Shown: piece by piece, positions 48,521 to 57,667 of the stretch | Numbering within the stretch: position 1 is the first letter of the stretch | Layout: each line of letters begins with the position of its first letter | Assembly (NCBI GenBank): GCA_963816425.1 | Contig: CAWFKP010000006.1 | Location: forward strand, 190,490 to 254,489 | Reading direction: 5' to 3' | Source of the DNA: an uncultured Actinomycetes bacterium | GTDB lineage: Bacteria; Actinomycetota; UBA4738; HRBIN12 | Length of the DNA: 64,000 nt | Translations under genes and position numbers: made by a program | The notes under the pieces: model-generated | Seen by the model: only the letters and a program-made list of their open reading frames with translations | Told to the model about the DNA's origin: nothing | Database searches by the model: none

Positions 48521-50832
48521 CGAGCGAGATCCACACCTCGAAGCTCGAGGAGCTCCGCGTCGTCCATCAGCCTTTGGCACGGCACGATCAGGCGGAGAAG
48601 ATCGCGGGCACGACACGCTACGCGGGCGACCTGGCGTTCGCGGGCATGCTGCACGCGCGGCTCGTCCGCTCGCAGGTGCCGAGCGCACGGCTCACGCGCC
48701 GCGACGTGACCGCGGCGACCGCGGTGCCAGGCGTGATCGCGGTGGTGCTCGGCGAGGACGTGCCGAACAACGAGGTCCGCGTCGACGTGCCCGGCCAGAC
48801 GATCGCGGTCGGCGCGCTCAAGGCGAGCATGCAGGTGCTGGCGACCGACCGCGTCCGGTTCCACGGGGAGCCGATCGCGCTCGTGATCGCGGAGACCGAG
48901 GACGTCCTCGCCGTCGCCTGCGAACTAGTCGAGGTCGAGTACGAGGACCTGCCCGTCGTCAGCGACCCGGAGGTCGCCTTGGCGGACGAAGCGCCGAGCG
49001 TGCACGAGGGCGGCAACCTGCTCGCGGAGTGGCACATCGATCGCGGCGACGTCGACGACGCGTTCACCGGTGCGGCGGTCGTCGTCGAAGAGACCTACCG
49101 CACGCAGTTCGTCGACCACGCCTACCTCGAGCCCGAGGCCGGCGTCGGCTGGCTCGATGACGACGGCGTGCTCAACCTGCGCGTTGCGACGCAGGTGATC
49201 GAGCACTACCGCGACGTCGCCAAGATCCTCGGCGTGCCCGACGCGAAGGTGCGTGTGATCGCGCCCTACGTCGGCGGCGGGTTCGGCGGCAAGGAGGACA
49301 TGACCGTCGAGCCGTACCTGGCGATCGCGGTGCACCGCACGCGACGGCCCGTCCGGATGCTCTGGACCCGCAACGAGTCACTGCTCGCGCGCGCGAAGCG
49401 GCACCGCAACGTGATGCACTACCGCACGGCGGCGGACGCAGAGGGCACGCTCCTCGCGCACGACATCGAGATCGTGTCCGACGCCGGCGCCTACGCCTAT
49501 CTGTCGGCCTTGGTGCTGCTGTACTCGACCGTGCACGCCTGCGGTCCCTACCGCGTGCCGAGCGTCCGGATCCGCGCGAGGACGGCCTACACCAACAACC
49601 CGCCCACCTCGGCGTTCCGCGGGTTCGGCGGTATGCAGATGGTGCTCGGTTACGAGTCGCAGATCGACGAGGTGGCGCGCCGGCTCGGGATCGACCCCGG
49701 CGAGATCCGCAAGCGCAACGCGCTCGCGCGCGGCGACCGTCTGCCGGTCGGCCAGGAGATCATCACTGAGGTCCAGCTGGCGCAGACGATCGACGCCGTG
49801 CGCGAGCGCGCCGGCGACAAGCCCGCGCCCAGCGGGCCGCGCAAGGCCGTCGGCCGCGCGATCGCATCGAACATGCAGTCCTACGGTCGACTGGTGTGGC
49901 TCAACGACAGCTCGGCGGCGTGGATCGGGTTCCAGATGGACGGGTCGCTGACCGTGCGCTGCGGGGTGCCGGACATCGGCGGCGGCCAGGCCTCATCGCT
50001 CGGGCAGATCGCGAGCGAGGTCCTGGCGGTGGACATGGATCGGATCAGCGTGCACTTCGGCGATTCGGCGCTGACGCCGCTCGCGGGCACGACCACCGCG
50101 ACCCGGCAGCTGCTGATGTCGGGCAACGCCACCTACGAGGCAGCCGTCCTGCTGCGCGATCAGGTGCTCGGCGCCGTGGCGGCCGAGACCGGGCAGCCGG
50201 TGGAGTCGTTGCGCATCGAGCCGGGCGAGATCGCGGGTCCGGAGGGCGCCACGCCCCTGCTCGCCGCGCTGCAGATCTGCCGGCGCCGCAACGTGCCGAT
50301 CGAGGCGCTGGGGACGTTCTTCGGGCCGAAGGGCAAAGAGGTCACGCGCGATCTGGAGGGGGATCGGATCTTCCCGGACTTCACGTTCGGCACGCACCTG
50401 GCCGACGTGGAGGTCGATCTGGACACGGGCCAGGTGCAGGTGCTTCGGTACATCGCGGCCCACGACGTCGGCCGCGCGATCAACCCGATGAGCGTCGAGG
50501 GCCAGATCGCCGGCGCGGTCGTGCAGGGCCTCGGCCAGGCGCTGCTCGAGGACCTGGTTGTACAGGACGGCGTGAACCTCACGCCCGGCCTGTTCCAATA
50601 CATGATCCCGACCGCGACCGACGTGCCGGACATCGAGGCGGTGATCCTCGAATCGGGCGAGGGCCTCGGGCCCTTCGGAGCCCGCGGGATCGGCGAGCCG
50701 CCGATCGGTCCGCCCATCGCGGTGATCCCGGCCGCGATCGCCGACGCCGTCGGCGCGCGACCGACCACGCTGCCCGTGACGCCCGAGCGTGTGCTCGACG
50801 CGGCGGCGCGCGGCGCACGCGTGTCCTCGTGA
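48517..50832 (+). CDS. Molybdopterin-binding large subunit, xanthine dehydrogenase/aldehyde oxidase family (not a form-I CO dehydrogenase)
   Basis: 771 aa from the ATG at 48517. VGGGFGGKE, TSAFRGFGGMQ and ARGIGEPPIGP are present. The AYxCSFR CODH loop is absent. Confidence 0.85.
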   Translation: MTSEIHTSKLEELRVVHQPLARHDQAEKIAGTTRYAGDLAFAGMLHARLVRSQVPSARLTRRDVTAATAVPGVIAVVLGEDVPNNEVRVDVPGQTIAVGALKASMQVLATDRVRFHGEPIALVIAETEDVLAVACELVEVEYEDLPVVSDPEVALADEAPSVHEGGNLLAEWHIDRGDVDDAFTGAAVVVEETYRTQFVDHAYLEPEAGVGWLDDDGVLNLRVATQVIEHYRDVAKILGVPDAKVRVIAPYVGGGFGGKEDMTVEPYLAIAVHRTRRPVRMLWTRNESLLARAKRHRNVMHYRTAADAEGTLLAHDIEIVSDAGAYAYLSALVLLYSTVHACGPYRVPSVRIRARTAYTNNPPTSAFRGFGGMQMVLGYESQIDEVARRLGIDPGEIRKRNALARGDRLPVGQEIITEVQLAQTIDAVRERAGDKPAPSGPRKAVGRAIASNMQSYGRLVWLNDSSAAWIGFQMDGSLTVRCGVPDIGGGQASSLGQIASEVLAVDMDRISVHFGDSALTPLAGTTTATRQLLMSGNATYEAAVLLRDQVLGAVAAETGQPVESLRIEPGEIAGPEGATPLLAALQICRRRNVPIEALGTFFGPKGKEVTRDLEGDRIFPDFTFGTHLADVEVDLDTGQVQVLRYIAAHDVGRAINPMSVEGQIAGAVVQGLGQALLEDLVVQDGVNLTPGLFQYMIPTATDVPDIEAVILESGEGLGPFGARGIGEPPIGPPIAVIPAAIADAVGARPTTLPVTPERVLDAAARGARVSS

Positions 50833-52004
50833 ACGAGACCATCACCGTCGAGGAGCTCGAGCGGGATCCCTATCCGATCTACGCGCGCCTGCGCCGTGAC
50901 GCGCCCGTCGCGTGGGTGCCCGCCGTCGGCCTGTGGTTCGTGACCCGGTGGCAGGACCTCGTCGACGCGGCGGAGGATCCGGTGCGCTTCCCGGCGGCCG
51001 TGCCCGGCTCGCCGCTCGACCGCACGTGCGGCGGCCCCACGGTGCTGACGGTCGACGGCGACGCACAGACACGGTGGCGCGCGCCGATGGAGCGCACGCT
51101 CCGGCCGCGGCAGATCGAGCAGACCGCTCCGGAGATCGTGGCGGAGATCGCGACGCAGCTGTTGGACGACGTCGAATCGGACGGCGAAGCGGATCTGATG
51201 GACGCCTACTGCGAGCCGCTCGCGGTCCTGTCGCTCGCCCGAGCGATCGGGCTCCCCGAGCAGCTCGACGCGCCGACGCTCCGCCGGTGGTTCCACGACA
51301 TCGCGGGCGGCACGTCCAACTACGAGAACGATCCGGCGAAGCAGCGCGTCGCCGACGCGACGGCCGCGGAGGTCGACGCCGAGCTGCGTCCTCGCCTGGA
51401 ACGGCTCCTCGCCGAGCCGGACGGGTCGATGCTGTCGCACATGCTCCACGCCGAGGAGGGCGACGTGGACGCGCGCATGCGCGGCTTCATGCCGACCCTC
51501 AAGGTGGCGCTGATCGGCGGGCTCCAGGAACCGGCGCACGGGCTCGGCTCGACGGTGGTCGGTCTGCTCGAACACCCCGACCAGCTCGACGCGGTGCGCG
51601 GCGATCCGGGCGCGTTGATCCGTCGCGCGGTCGACGAAGGGCTGCGATGGATCTCGCCGATCGGGACGCAGGGACGTGTCGCGGGCGACGACGCGACCGT
51701 CGCCGGCGTCACGATCCCGCCGGGCGAGGCGGTCGGGCTGATGGTGCCCTCGGCCAACCGCGACGAGCGGGTCTGGGGCGAGGACGCCGACGACTTCGAC
51801 CTGCTGCGCGCGAAACACGCGAACGCGGCGTTCGGGTTCGGGCCACATTTCTGTGTGGGTCACCAGCTCGCACGGATCCAGATGCGGGTCGGCCTGCGGC
51901 TGTTGCTCGAGCGCTTCCCACAGCTGGCCCTCGACCCCGACCGTCCGCCGGTGTTCCGGGGGTGGGAGTACCGAGGTCCCGCGACGCTGCCCGTGCGCTG
52001 GTGA
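50829..52004 (+). CDS. Cytochrome P450
   Basis: 391 aa from the GTG at 50829 (GTGA overlap with the Mo subunit). Heme loop FGFGPHFCVGHQLAR, and an ExxR-like AVDEGLRW. Confidence 0.85.
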   Translation: MNETITVEELERDPYPIYARLRRDAPVAWVPAVGLWFVTRWQDLVDAAEDPVRFPAAVPGSPLDRTCGGPTVLTVDGDAQTRWRAPMERTLRPRQIEQTAPEIVAEIATQLLDDVESDGEADLMDAYCEPLAVLSLARAIGLPEQLDAPTLRRWFHDIAGGTSNYENDPAKQRVADATAAEVDAELRPRLERLLAEPDGSMLSHMLHAEEGDVDARMRGFMPTLKVALIGGLQEPAHGLGSTVVGLLEHPDQLDAVRGDPGALIRRAVDEGLRWISPIGTQGRVAGDDATVAGVTIPPGEAVGLMVPSANRDERVWGEDADDFDLLRAKHANAAFGFGPHFCVGHQLARIQMRVGLRLLLERFPQLALDPDRPPVFRGWEYRGPATLPVRW

Positions 52005-52115
52005 GGCGATTCTCACGATATGAGAGCCGCTTGTTCCCAGTGAGAAGCGCGACCTAGACTCGATCGATCCGGAGGCCCCGGGACGCCTCCACCACCCGAC
52101 GGAGGGAAGCCGAGC

Positions 52116-53453
52116 ATGACCCAGGGCGTCGAGGAGTACGAGCGCAGGACCCCGAAGGGGAAGGCCGCGTGGGAGGCCGCCGCGAAGGTGATCCCCGGCG
52201 GCGTCGGCAGCGCGATCCAATTCAAGCCGCCCTACCCGCTGTACCTGGGCGACTCGAAGGGCTCGCGCGTCTGGGACCTCGACGGCAACGAATACATCGA
52301 CTACTCGCTGTGCTACGCGGCGATGGTCGCCGGCCACGCCAACCCGGTCATCGTCGAGGCGATCCAGCAGCAGGCCGCGCACGGCACGCTGTACGGGATG
52401 CCGACCGAGCTCGCCGGGCAGCTGGCCGAGGAGATCATCCGGCGCTACCCGGGCTCGATCGACATGATCCGGTTCACGCAGTCCGGCGTCGAGGCGACGC
52501 AGACGGCGATCCGCCTGGCGCGCGCCGCCACCGGGCGCAAGACGATCGTCAAGATCGAGGGTCAGTACCACGGCGGCACCGACCATCTGCTGGTCTCGAT
52601 CGGCGGCGCGCCCGCGGACGCGGCCGGACCGGACAGCCACCCGAACGCCACGGCCGACTCCGCCGGCCTGCTGCCCGCCTCGACGGAGTACACGACGGTG
52701 GTCTCGTTCAACGACATCGAGATGATGCAGCGCGCGTTCGACGAACACGACGGCGACATCGCCGGCGTGATCATCGAGCCGGCCATGACCAACGGCGGTG
52801 TGATCCCGCCGATCCCCGGCTACCTCGAGGCGGTGCGCGCGCTGTGCACCGCGAAGGGCTCCGTCCTGATCATGGACGAGGTCAAGCTCGGCTGCCGGAT
52901 CGCGCCCGGCGGCGCGACGGAGTACTGGGGCGTCAAGGGAGACCTCGTGACGCTCGCCAAGGCGATCGGCGGCGGCGTGCCGGTCGGTGCGTTCGGCGGT
53001 CGCCGCGAGCTGATGGAGCACGTGACGCCGCTCGGCTCGATGGTGCACTTCGGCACGTACAACGCGAACCCGCTCGCGATGGCCGCGGGCCTCGCGTGCC
53101 TCACGAAGGTGATGACCGACGACGCGTACAAGGAGATGACGCGGCTGACGACGCGGCTCGCCGACGGCATGCGCGAGGTCTTCAAGGACAAGGGCGTCAC
53201 GGCGCACGTCACGCAGGTGAACACGTTGGGCGGGCTCTTCTTCGGGCTGGACGCGCAGCCGAACACGTTCCGGGAGGCGTGCAGGAACGACGTCGCCCGT
53301 TGGGACGACTACTGGTTCGGCATGCTCAACCGCGGCGTGATCCCGATGGGCTCCGCCTGGTTCGAGGAGTTCTCGATGTCGGCGCAGCACACCGACGAGG
53401 ACGTCGACCGAACGCTCGAGGCGTTCGAAGACTGCATCGGCGCCATCGGCTGA
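52116..53453 (+). CDS. Class-III aminotransferase, glutamate-1-semialdehyde aminomutase-like
   Basis: 445 aa. FTQSGVEATQTAIRLAR, IMDEVKLG and VTLAKAIGGGVPVGAFGG (PLP Lys) are present. Confidence 0.8.
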   Translation: MTQGVEEYERRTPKGKAAWEAAAKVIPGGVGSAIQFKPPYPLYLGDSKGSRVWDLDGNEYIDYSLCYAAMVAGHANPVIVEAIQQQAAHGTLYGMPTELAGQLAEEIIRRYPGSIDMIRFTQSGVEATQTAIRLARAATGRKTIVKIEGQYHGGTDHLLVSIGGAPADAAGPDSHPNATADSAGLLPASTEYTTVVSFNDIEMMQRAFDEHDGDIAGVIIEPAMTNGGVIPPIPGYLEAVRALCTAKGSVLIMDEVKLGCRIAPGGATEYWGVKGDLVTLAKAIGGGVPVGAFGGRRELMEHVTPLGSMVHFGTYNANPLAMAAGLACLTKVMTDDAYKEMTRLTTRLADGMREVFKDKGVTAHVTQVNTLGGLFFGLDAQPNTFREACRNDVARWDDYWFGMLNRGVIPMGSAWFEEFSMSAQHTDEDVDRTLEAFEDCIGAIG

Positions 53454-53466
53454 TCGACGGTCGCGC

Positions 53467-53922
53467 TTACGTATCCTTCTGCGGCGGCGTTCGGTTGCGT
53501 CCTTTGAACCGTTTGATGAACGGCAGTCGCGCCGACTCCAGGAGCACGATCACGAGCGCCGTCACCATGATCGGCGTCCAGATGACACCCGCTCCCGCCA
53601 GCGCGCCGATCGCCGCGACGGCCCAGGACGCGGCCGCTGTGGTGAGTCCTTTCGGACCGCCCCCGTCACCCCGGAAGATGATGCCGGCGCCGAGGAATCC
53701 GACGCCGGCCGCCACGCCCTGGATCACGCGGTCCGCGGTCAGGGGGAACAGCTCGACCCCGAGGCCGACGAACGCCGCCGACCCGAGCGCGATCAGCGCG
53801 AACGTCCGGTCGCCGGCCGTCTTGCCCCAGTACTCGCGTTCCAGCCCGATCAGATAGCCGAGCCCCGTCGCGAGCGCGATACGCCCGAACAGGATGAACT
53901 GATCCTGCACATCCAGATGCAT
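53467..53922 (-). CDS. mgtC: MgtC/SapB-family membrane protein
   Basis: 151 aa. ...GLGYLIGLEREYWGKTAGDRTFALIALGSA...GFLGAGIIFR... is typical of the MgtC N-terminal domain. Confidence 0.75.
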   Translation of the reverse strand: MHLDVQDQFILFGRIALATGLGYLIGLEREYWGKTAGDRTFALIALGSAAFVGLGVELFPLTADRVIQGVAAGVGFLGAGIIFRGDGGGPKGLTTAAASWAVAAIGALAGAGVIWTPIMVTALVIVLLESARLPFIKRFKGRNRTPPQKDT

Positions 53923-53991
53923 CGGGCGAGCATAGTCCGGCGTTCGTTACCCTGGGCCGACCCGCACGGCTCGGATAGAGGAGTGATACCC

Positions 53992-55482
53992 GTGGAGCGG
54001 ATCAGTCACTGGATCGGCGGCAAGGTCGTGCCCGGCGAGTCGGGACGCACCGGGCCGGTCTTCAACCCCGCGACCGGGGAACAGACCCACGAGGTCGACT
54101 TCGCGACCACCGAGGAGATGGACGCGGCGGTCGCCGTGGCCGCCGAGGCCTTCCCGGTGTGGCGCGCGACATCGCTGTCCAAGCGCGCGGACATCTTCTT
54201 CCGGATCCGCGAGCTGCTCGAGCAGCGCAAGCCGGAGCTCGCGCGCATCGTGACGAGCCAGCACGGCAAGGTGCTGACCGACGCCGCCGGCGAGATCCAG
54301 CGCGGCATCGAGAACGTCGAGTTCGCCTGTGGCATCCCGAACCTGCTCAAGGGCGGGTTCTCCGAGCAGGTCGCCACCGGGGTCGACACCTACTCGATCC
54401 GCCAGCCGCTCGGGGTGGTCGCCGGGATCACGCCCTTCAACTTCCCGGCGATGGTGCCCATGTGGATGTTCGCCAACGCGATCGCCTGTGGGAACACGTT
54501 CATCCTGAAGCCCTCGGAGAAGGACCCGGGCGCCGCCATGTTCGTCGCCGAGATCCTCCAGGAGGCCGGTCTGCCCGACGGCGTGTTCAACGTCGTGCAC
54601 GGCGACAAGGTGGCGGTCGACGCGATCCTGGCCAGTCCCGAGGTCGCCGCGGTGTCGTTCGTCGGGTCCACGCCGATCGCCCGATACATCTATGAGACCG
54701 GCACGCGCAACGGCAAGCGGGTGCAGGCGCTCGGCGGCGCGAAGAACCACATGATCGTGCTGCCCGACGCCGACCTGGACATGGCGGCCGACGCTGCGGT
54801 GTCCGCGGGCTACGGCAGCGCCGGGGAGCGCTGCATGGCGGTCAGCATGGTGGTCGCCGTCGGCGGGATCGGTGACGAGCTCGTCGCCAAGATCGCCGAG
54901 CGCCTGCCGAAGATCGTCGTCGGCGACGGCACCGAGCCGACCGCCGAGATGGGGCCGCTCGTGACGCGCGAGCATCGCGACAAGGTGGCCGGCTATCTCG
55001 AGACCGGCGCGGCGCAGGGCGCCACGATCGTGCGCGACGGGCGCGACGACCCGGTGTACGCGCGGGATGGCTTCTTCCTCGGGGTCTCGCTGATCGACCA
55101 CGTCACGACCGACATGGACTGCTACCGCGACGAGATCTTCGGCCCGGTGCTCGGCGTCACCCGCGTCGACACCTACGCCGAGGCCGTCACGATGGTCAAC
55201 GAGAACCCGTACGGCAACGGCGTCGCGATCTTCACGCGGGACGGCGGCGCGGCCCGACGGTTCCAGTTCGACGTGCAGGTCGGCATGGTGGGCGTCAACG
55301 TGCCGATCCCGGTGCCGGTCGCCTACTACTCGTTCGGCGGCTGGAAGGCGTCGCTGTTCGGCGACAACCACATGTACGGGCCCGAGGGCATCACCTTCTA
55401 CACGCGGGGCAAGGTGGTCACGGCTCGCTGGCCCGACCCGGCCACGTCCTCGGTCGACCTCGGGTTCCCGCGGACGCGCTAG
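53992..55482 (+). CDS. mmsA: CoA-acylating methylmalonate-semialdehyde dehydrogenase
   Basis: GTG at 53992 within ORF 53917..55482. ITPFNFPAMVPMWMF, QALGGAKNH, GSAGERCMA and FYTRGKVVTARWP are MMSDH hallmarks. Confidence 0.85.
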   Translation: MERISHWIGGKVVPGESGRTGPVFNPATGEQTHEVDFATTEEMDAAVAVAAEAFPVWRATSLSKRADIFFRIRELLEQRKPELARIVTSQHGKVLTDAAGEIQRGIENVEFACGIPNLLKGGFSEQVATGVDTYSIRQPLGVVAGITPFNFPAMVPMWMFANAIACGNTFILKPSEKDPGAAMFVAEILQEAGLPDGVFNVVHGDKVAVDAILASPEVAAVSFVGSTPIARYIYETGTRNGKRVQALGGAKNHMIVLPDADLDMAADAAVSAGYGSAGERCMAVSMVVAVGGIGDELVAKIAERLPKIVVGDGTEPTAEMGPLVTREHRDKVAGYLETGAAQGATIVRDGRDDPVYARDGFFLGVSLIDHVTTDMDCYRDEIFGPVLGVTRVDTYAEAVTMVNENPYGNGVAIFTRDGGAARRFQFDVQVGMVGVNVPIPVPVAYYSFGGWKASLFGDNHMYGPEGITFYTRGKVVTARWPDPATSSVDLGFPRTR

Positions 55483-55961
55483 CCGGCGCGGGTCGCCGAC
55501 GGGCGTCGGACGATCCGCGCGATCACCACGAGGATGAGTGCGACGAGCCCGATCGGGATCGCCATCAGGGCGACGGGTCCAAGGATGCGCACCCCGCTGT
55601 GGATGCCGGTCAGGAATCCGATCTCCCGTTCCGCGTTGAAGCGGTCGTAGCCCGAGGCGCCGATCGACTCGAGCACCTGACCGAACGCACCCATCGCGGT
55701 GATCACGAGGATCCCGGCCCTGATCATCGAGGCGGCCCCCTCCCCGGGCCTCCAGAGCAACCCGACCGAGACGAACAGTCCCATCGACACGAATCCGACG
55801 AACAGATGGGACGTGGCGTGCGCGCGGGCCTCTCCCTCCGCGACCCCGAAGGCGAGCGAGAGCGAGACCGCCGCCAGCACCAGCCAGGCGATCGCGACGC
55901 CGATGACGCCACGCGTTCCGGCCCTGACCCGCTCGTCCCCCTGGGTCGCCATGGTGCGCAC
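55479..55961 (-). CDS. Hypothetical integral membrane protein
   Basis: 160-aa ORF with four hydrophobic segments. Its stop overlaps the mmsA stop (CTAG). Confidence 0.55.
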   Translation of the reverse strand: MRTMATQGDERVRAGTRGVIGVAIAWLVLAAVSLSLAFGVAEGEARAHATSHLFVGFVSMGLFVSVGLLWRPGEGAASMIRAGILVITAMGAFGQVLESIGASGYDRFNAEREIGFLTGIHSGVRILGPVALMAIPIGLVALILVVIARIVRRPSATRAG

Positions 55962-56008
55962 AGTATCGCGCCAGGTATCGTCGGGGTCCCAACGACGAAG
56001 GAGCTCCG

Positions 56009-56434
56009 ATGGACACCGAGGAACTGCTGCAGCGTGAGGATCAGGCCTGGTCGGCGTTCGTCGACGCGTTCGCGGCGGTGCCCGACGATCGGCGTGATGA
56101 CGAGGGGGTCGTGCCCGGTTGGTCGACGAAGGATCTCGTCTGGCACTGCGGCTACTGGGCGGGCTGGGTCGGCGACGCGCTCGAGAAGATCGGGCGCGGC
56201 GAGACGCTCGAAGACCAGAACTGGGACGCCATGAACGACGCGGTGATCGTCGAGGGCCGAGGCATGGCCTGGGACGAGGTCATCGTGCAATCCGAGCACA
56301 ACCGCGAACGGGCCCGCGCGGCGTTGCTGGCGCTTGCGACGGTCACCGACGCGGCGCTCGAGGAATTCACGGGCGAGACCTTCGAGCACTACGAGGAGCA
56401 CGCCGCCGAGATCCGCGCCTTCACGGGCAGCTAG
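56009..56434 (+). CDS. DinB/MDMPI-N-like helical-bundle protein
   Basis: 141 aa. ...GWSTKDLVWHCGYW... and C-terminal ...FEHYEEHAAEI fit the DinB-like His pattern. Confidence 0.55.
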   Translation: MDTEELLQREDQAWSAFVDAFAAVPDDRRDDEGVVPGWSTKDLVWHCGYWAGWVGDALEKIGRGETLEDQNWDAMNDAVIVEGRGMAWDEVIVQSEHNRERARAALLALATVTDAALEEFTGETFEHYEEHAAEIRAFTGS

Positions 56435-56502
56435 TCGGCTCTGTCTACCGGACCCGGCGCCACACCACCTATCCTGTGGGCCTACCGACAGGGAGCCCGA
56501 CG

Positions 56503-57651
56503 ATGCAGACCACACACATCCGCTACGACGAAGCCGAATGGCGCCCACGCCCGACCCTGACGGGCGCCGACTACACGAGCGCGGCGATCTATGACGAGGA
56601 GCGCGAGAAGGTCTGGTGGGGCGACTGGGTCTGTCTCGGCCGCACCGAGGAATTGCCGAACCCCGGCGACTACGTCGTGCGCGACCTCACCGGCGAGTCG
56701 GTCTTCATCGTGCGCAACGAGCAGGGCGAGCTGCACGGCTTCTACAACGTATGTAGCCACCGCGGGACGAAATTCCTCGACGACGAGCCGGCCGCCGGCA
56801 ACGTGCGCAAGGCGTTCGTGTGCCCCTACCACGCGTGGGCCTACGACCTGAACGGCCGGTTGATCGGCTCGCCCAATGTGAAGGAGGGCGAGCTCTTCGA
56901 CCGCGGCGACTACCCGCTGCACGGGTTCGCGGTCGAGACCTACGGCGGCTTCATCTTCGCGAGCCTCGCCAAGGAGCCGCGCCCGTTCATGGAGTTCCTG
57001 AACGAGGGCGCGGAGAGCGTGACCATGTTCGACCGGTTCAAGCTCGACGAGCTGCGCGTCGGCGTGCGGATCGTCTACGAGGTCGCCGCCAACTGGAAGA
57101 TCGTGGTGGAGAACTACAACGAGTGCCTGCACTGCCCGCAGGTGCATGCCGAGCTCGTGCAGGTGGTCCCGTTGTTCCGGTTCGGCGAGGTCTGGGACGA
57201 AGAGACGCGCGATGACGGCAACTGGATGCGCGAGGGCGCGACGAGCTTCACGATCTCGGGCGAATCAGAACTGCCGAAGTTCCCCGATCTTCAGCCCGAG
57301 GATTACTCGATGTACTACGGCGCGTACCAGTATCCGAACCTGCTGTTGAACCTGCACCCGGATTGCGTCATGTACTACATCGGGTACCCGAAGGGGCCCG
57401 ATCACACCACGGTCGTGTCCGAGTATCTCTTCCGGCCCGAGACGATCGCGGACCCCTCGTTGTTCAAGCCGGAGCCGGTCGTGGAGCTCTGGGACCTGAT
57501 CTCCAAGCAGGACTGGGAGATCTGCCAGCGCGCGCAGACCGGTGTCGGATCGCGCGCGTTCACCACCGGGGTCTACCCCCGGCAGGATCGGTTCCTGTAC
57601 GACTTCAACGAGCGGTATCGCAAGGAGATGGGGCGCCCGCTCCTCGGCTAG
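56503..57651 (+). CDS. Rieske [2Fe-2S] non-heme-iron oxygenase alpha subunit, GbcA/Stc2/CntA-like (N-demethylating type)
   Basis: ATG at 56503 within ORF 56119..57651. Rieske CSHRG...CPYHAW, and the mononuclear iron motif ENYNECLHCPQVH. Confidence 0.8.
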   Translation: MQTTHIRYDEAEWRPRPTLTGADYTSAAIYDEEREKVWWGDWVCLGRTEELPNPGDYVVRDLTGESVFIVRNEQGELHGFYNVCSHRGTKFLDDEPAAGNVRKAFVCPYHAWAYDLNGRLIGSPNVKEGELFDRGDYPLHGFAVETYGGFIFASLAKEPRPFMEFLNEGAESVTMFDRFKLDELRVGVRIVYEVAANWKIVVENYNECLHCPQVHAELVQVVPLFRFGEVWDEETRDDGNWMREGATSFTISGESELPKFPDLQPEDYSMYYGAYQYPNLLLNLHPDCVMYYIGYPKGPDHTTVVSEYLFRPETIADPSLFKPEPVVELWDLISKQDWEICQRAQTGVGSRAFTTGVYPRQDRFLYDFNERYRKEMGRPLLG

Positions 57652-57667
57652 CGTTCAAGAACGCGCG

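Noticed and set aside
47175-50832. Aerobic carbon-monoxide dehydrogenase (coxMSL).
   Set aside because: The large subunit lacks the form-I AYxCSFR (and form-II AYRGAGR) active-site loop and has XDH-type AFRGFGG instead. No coxDEF/G accessory genes follow.
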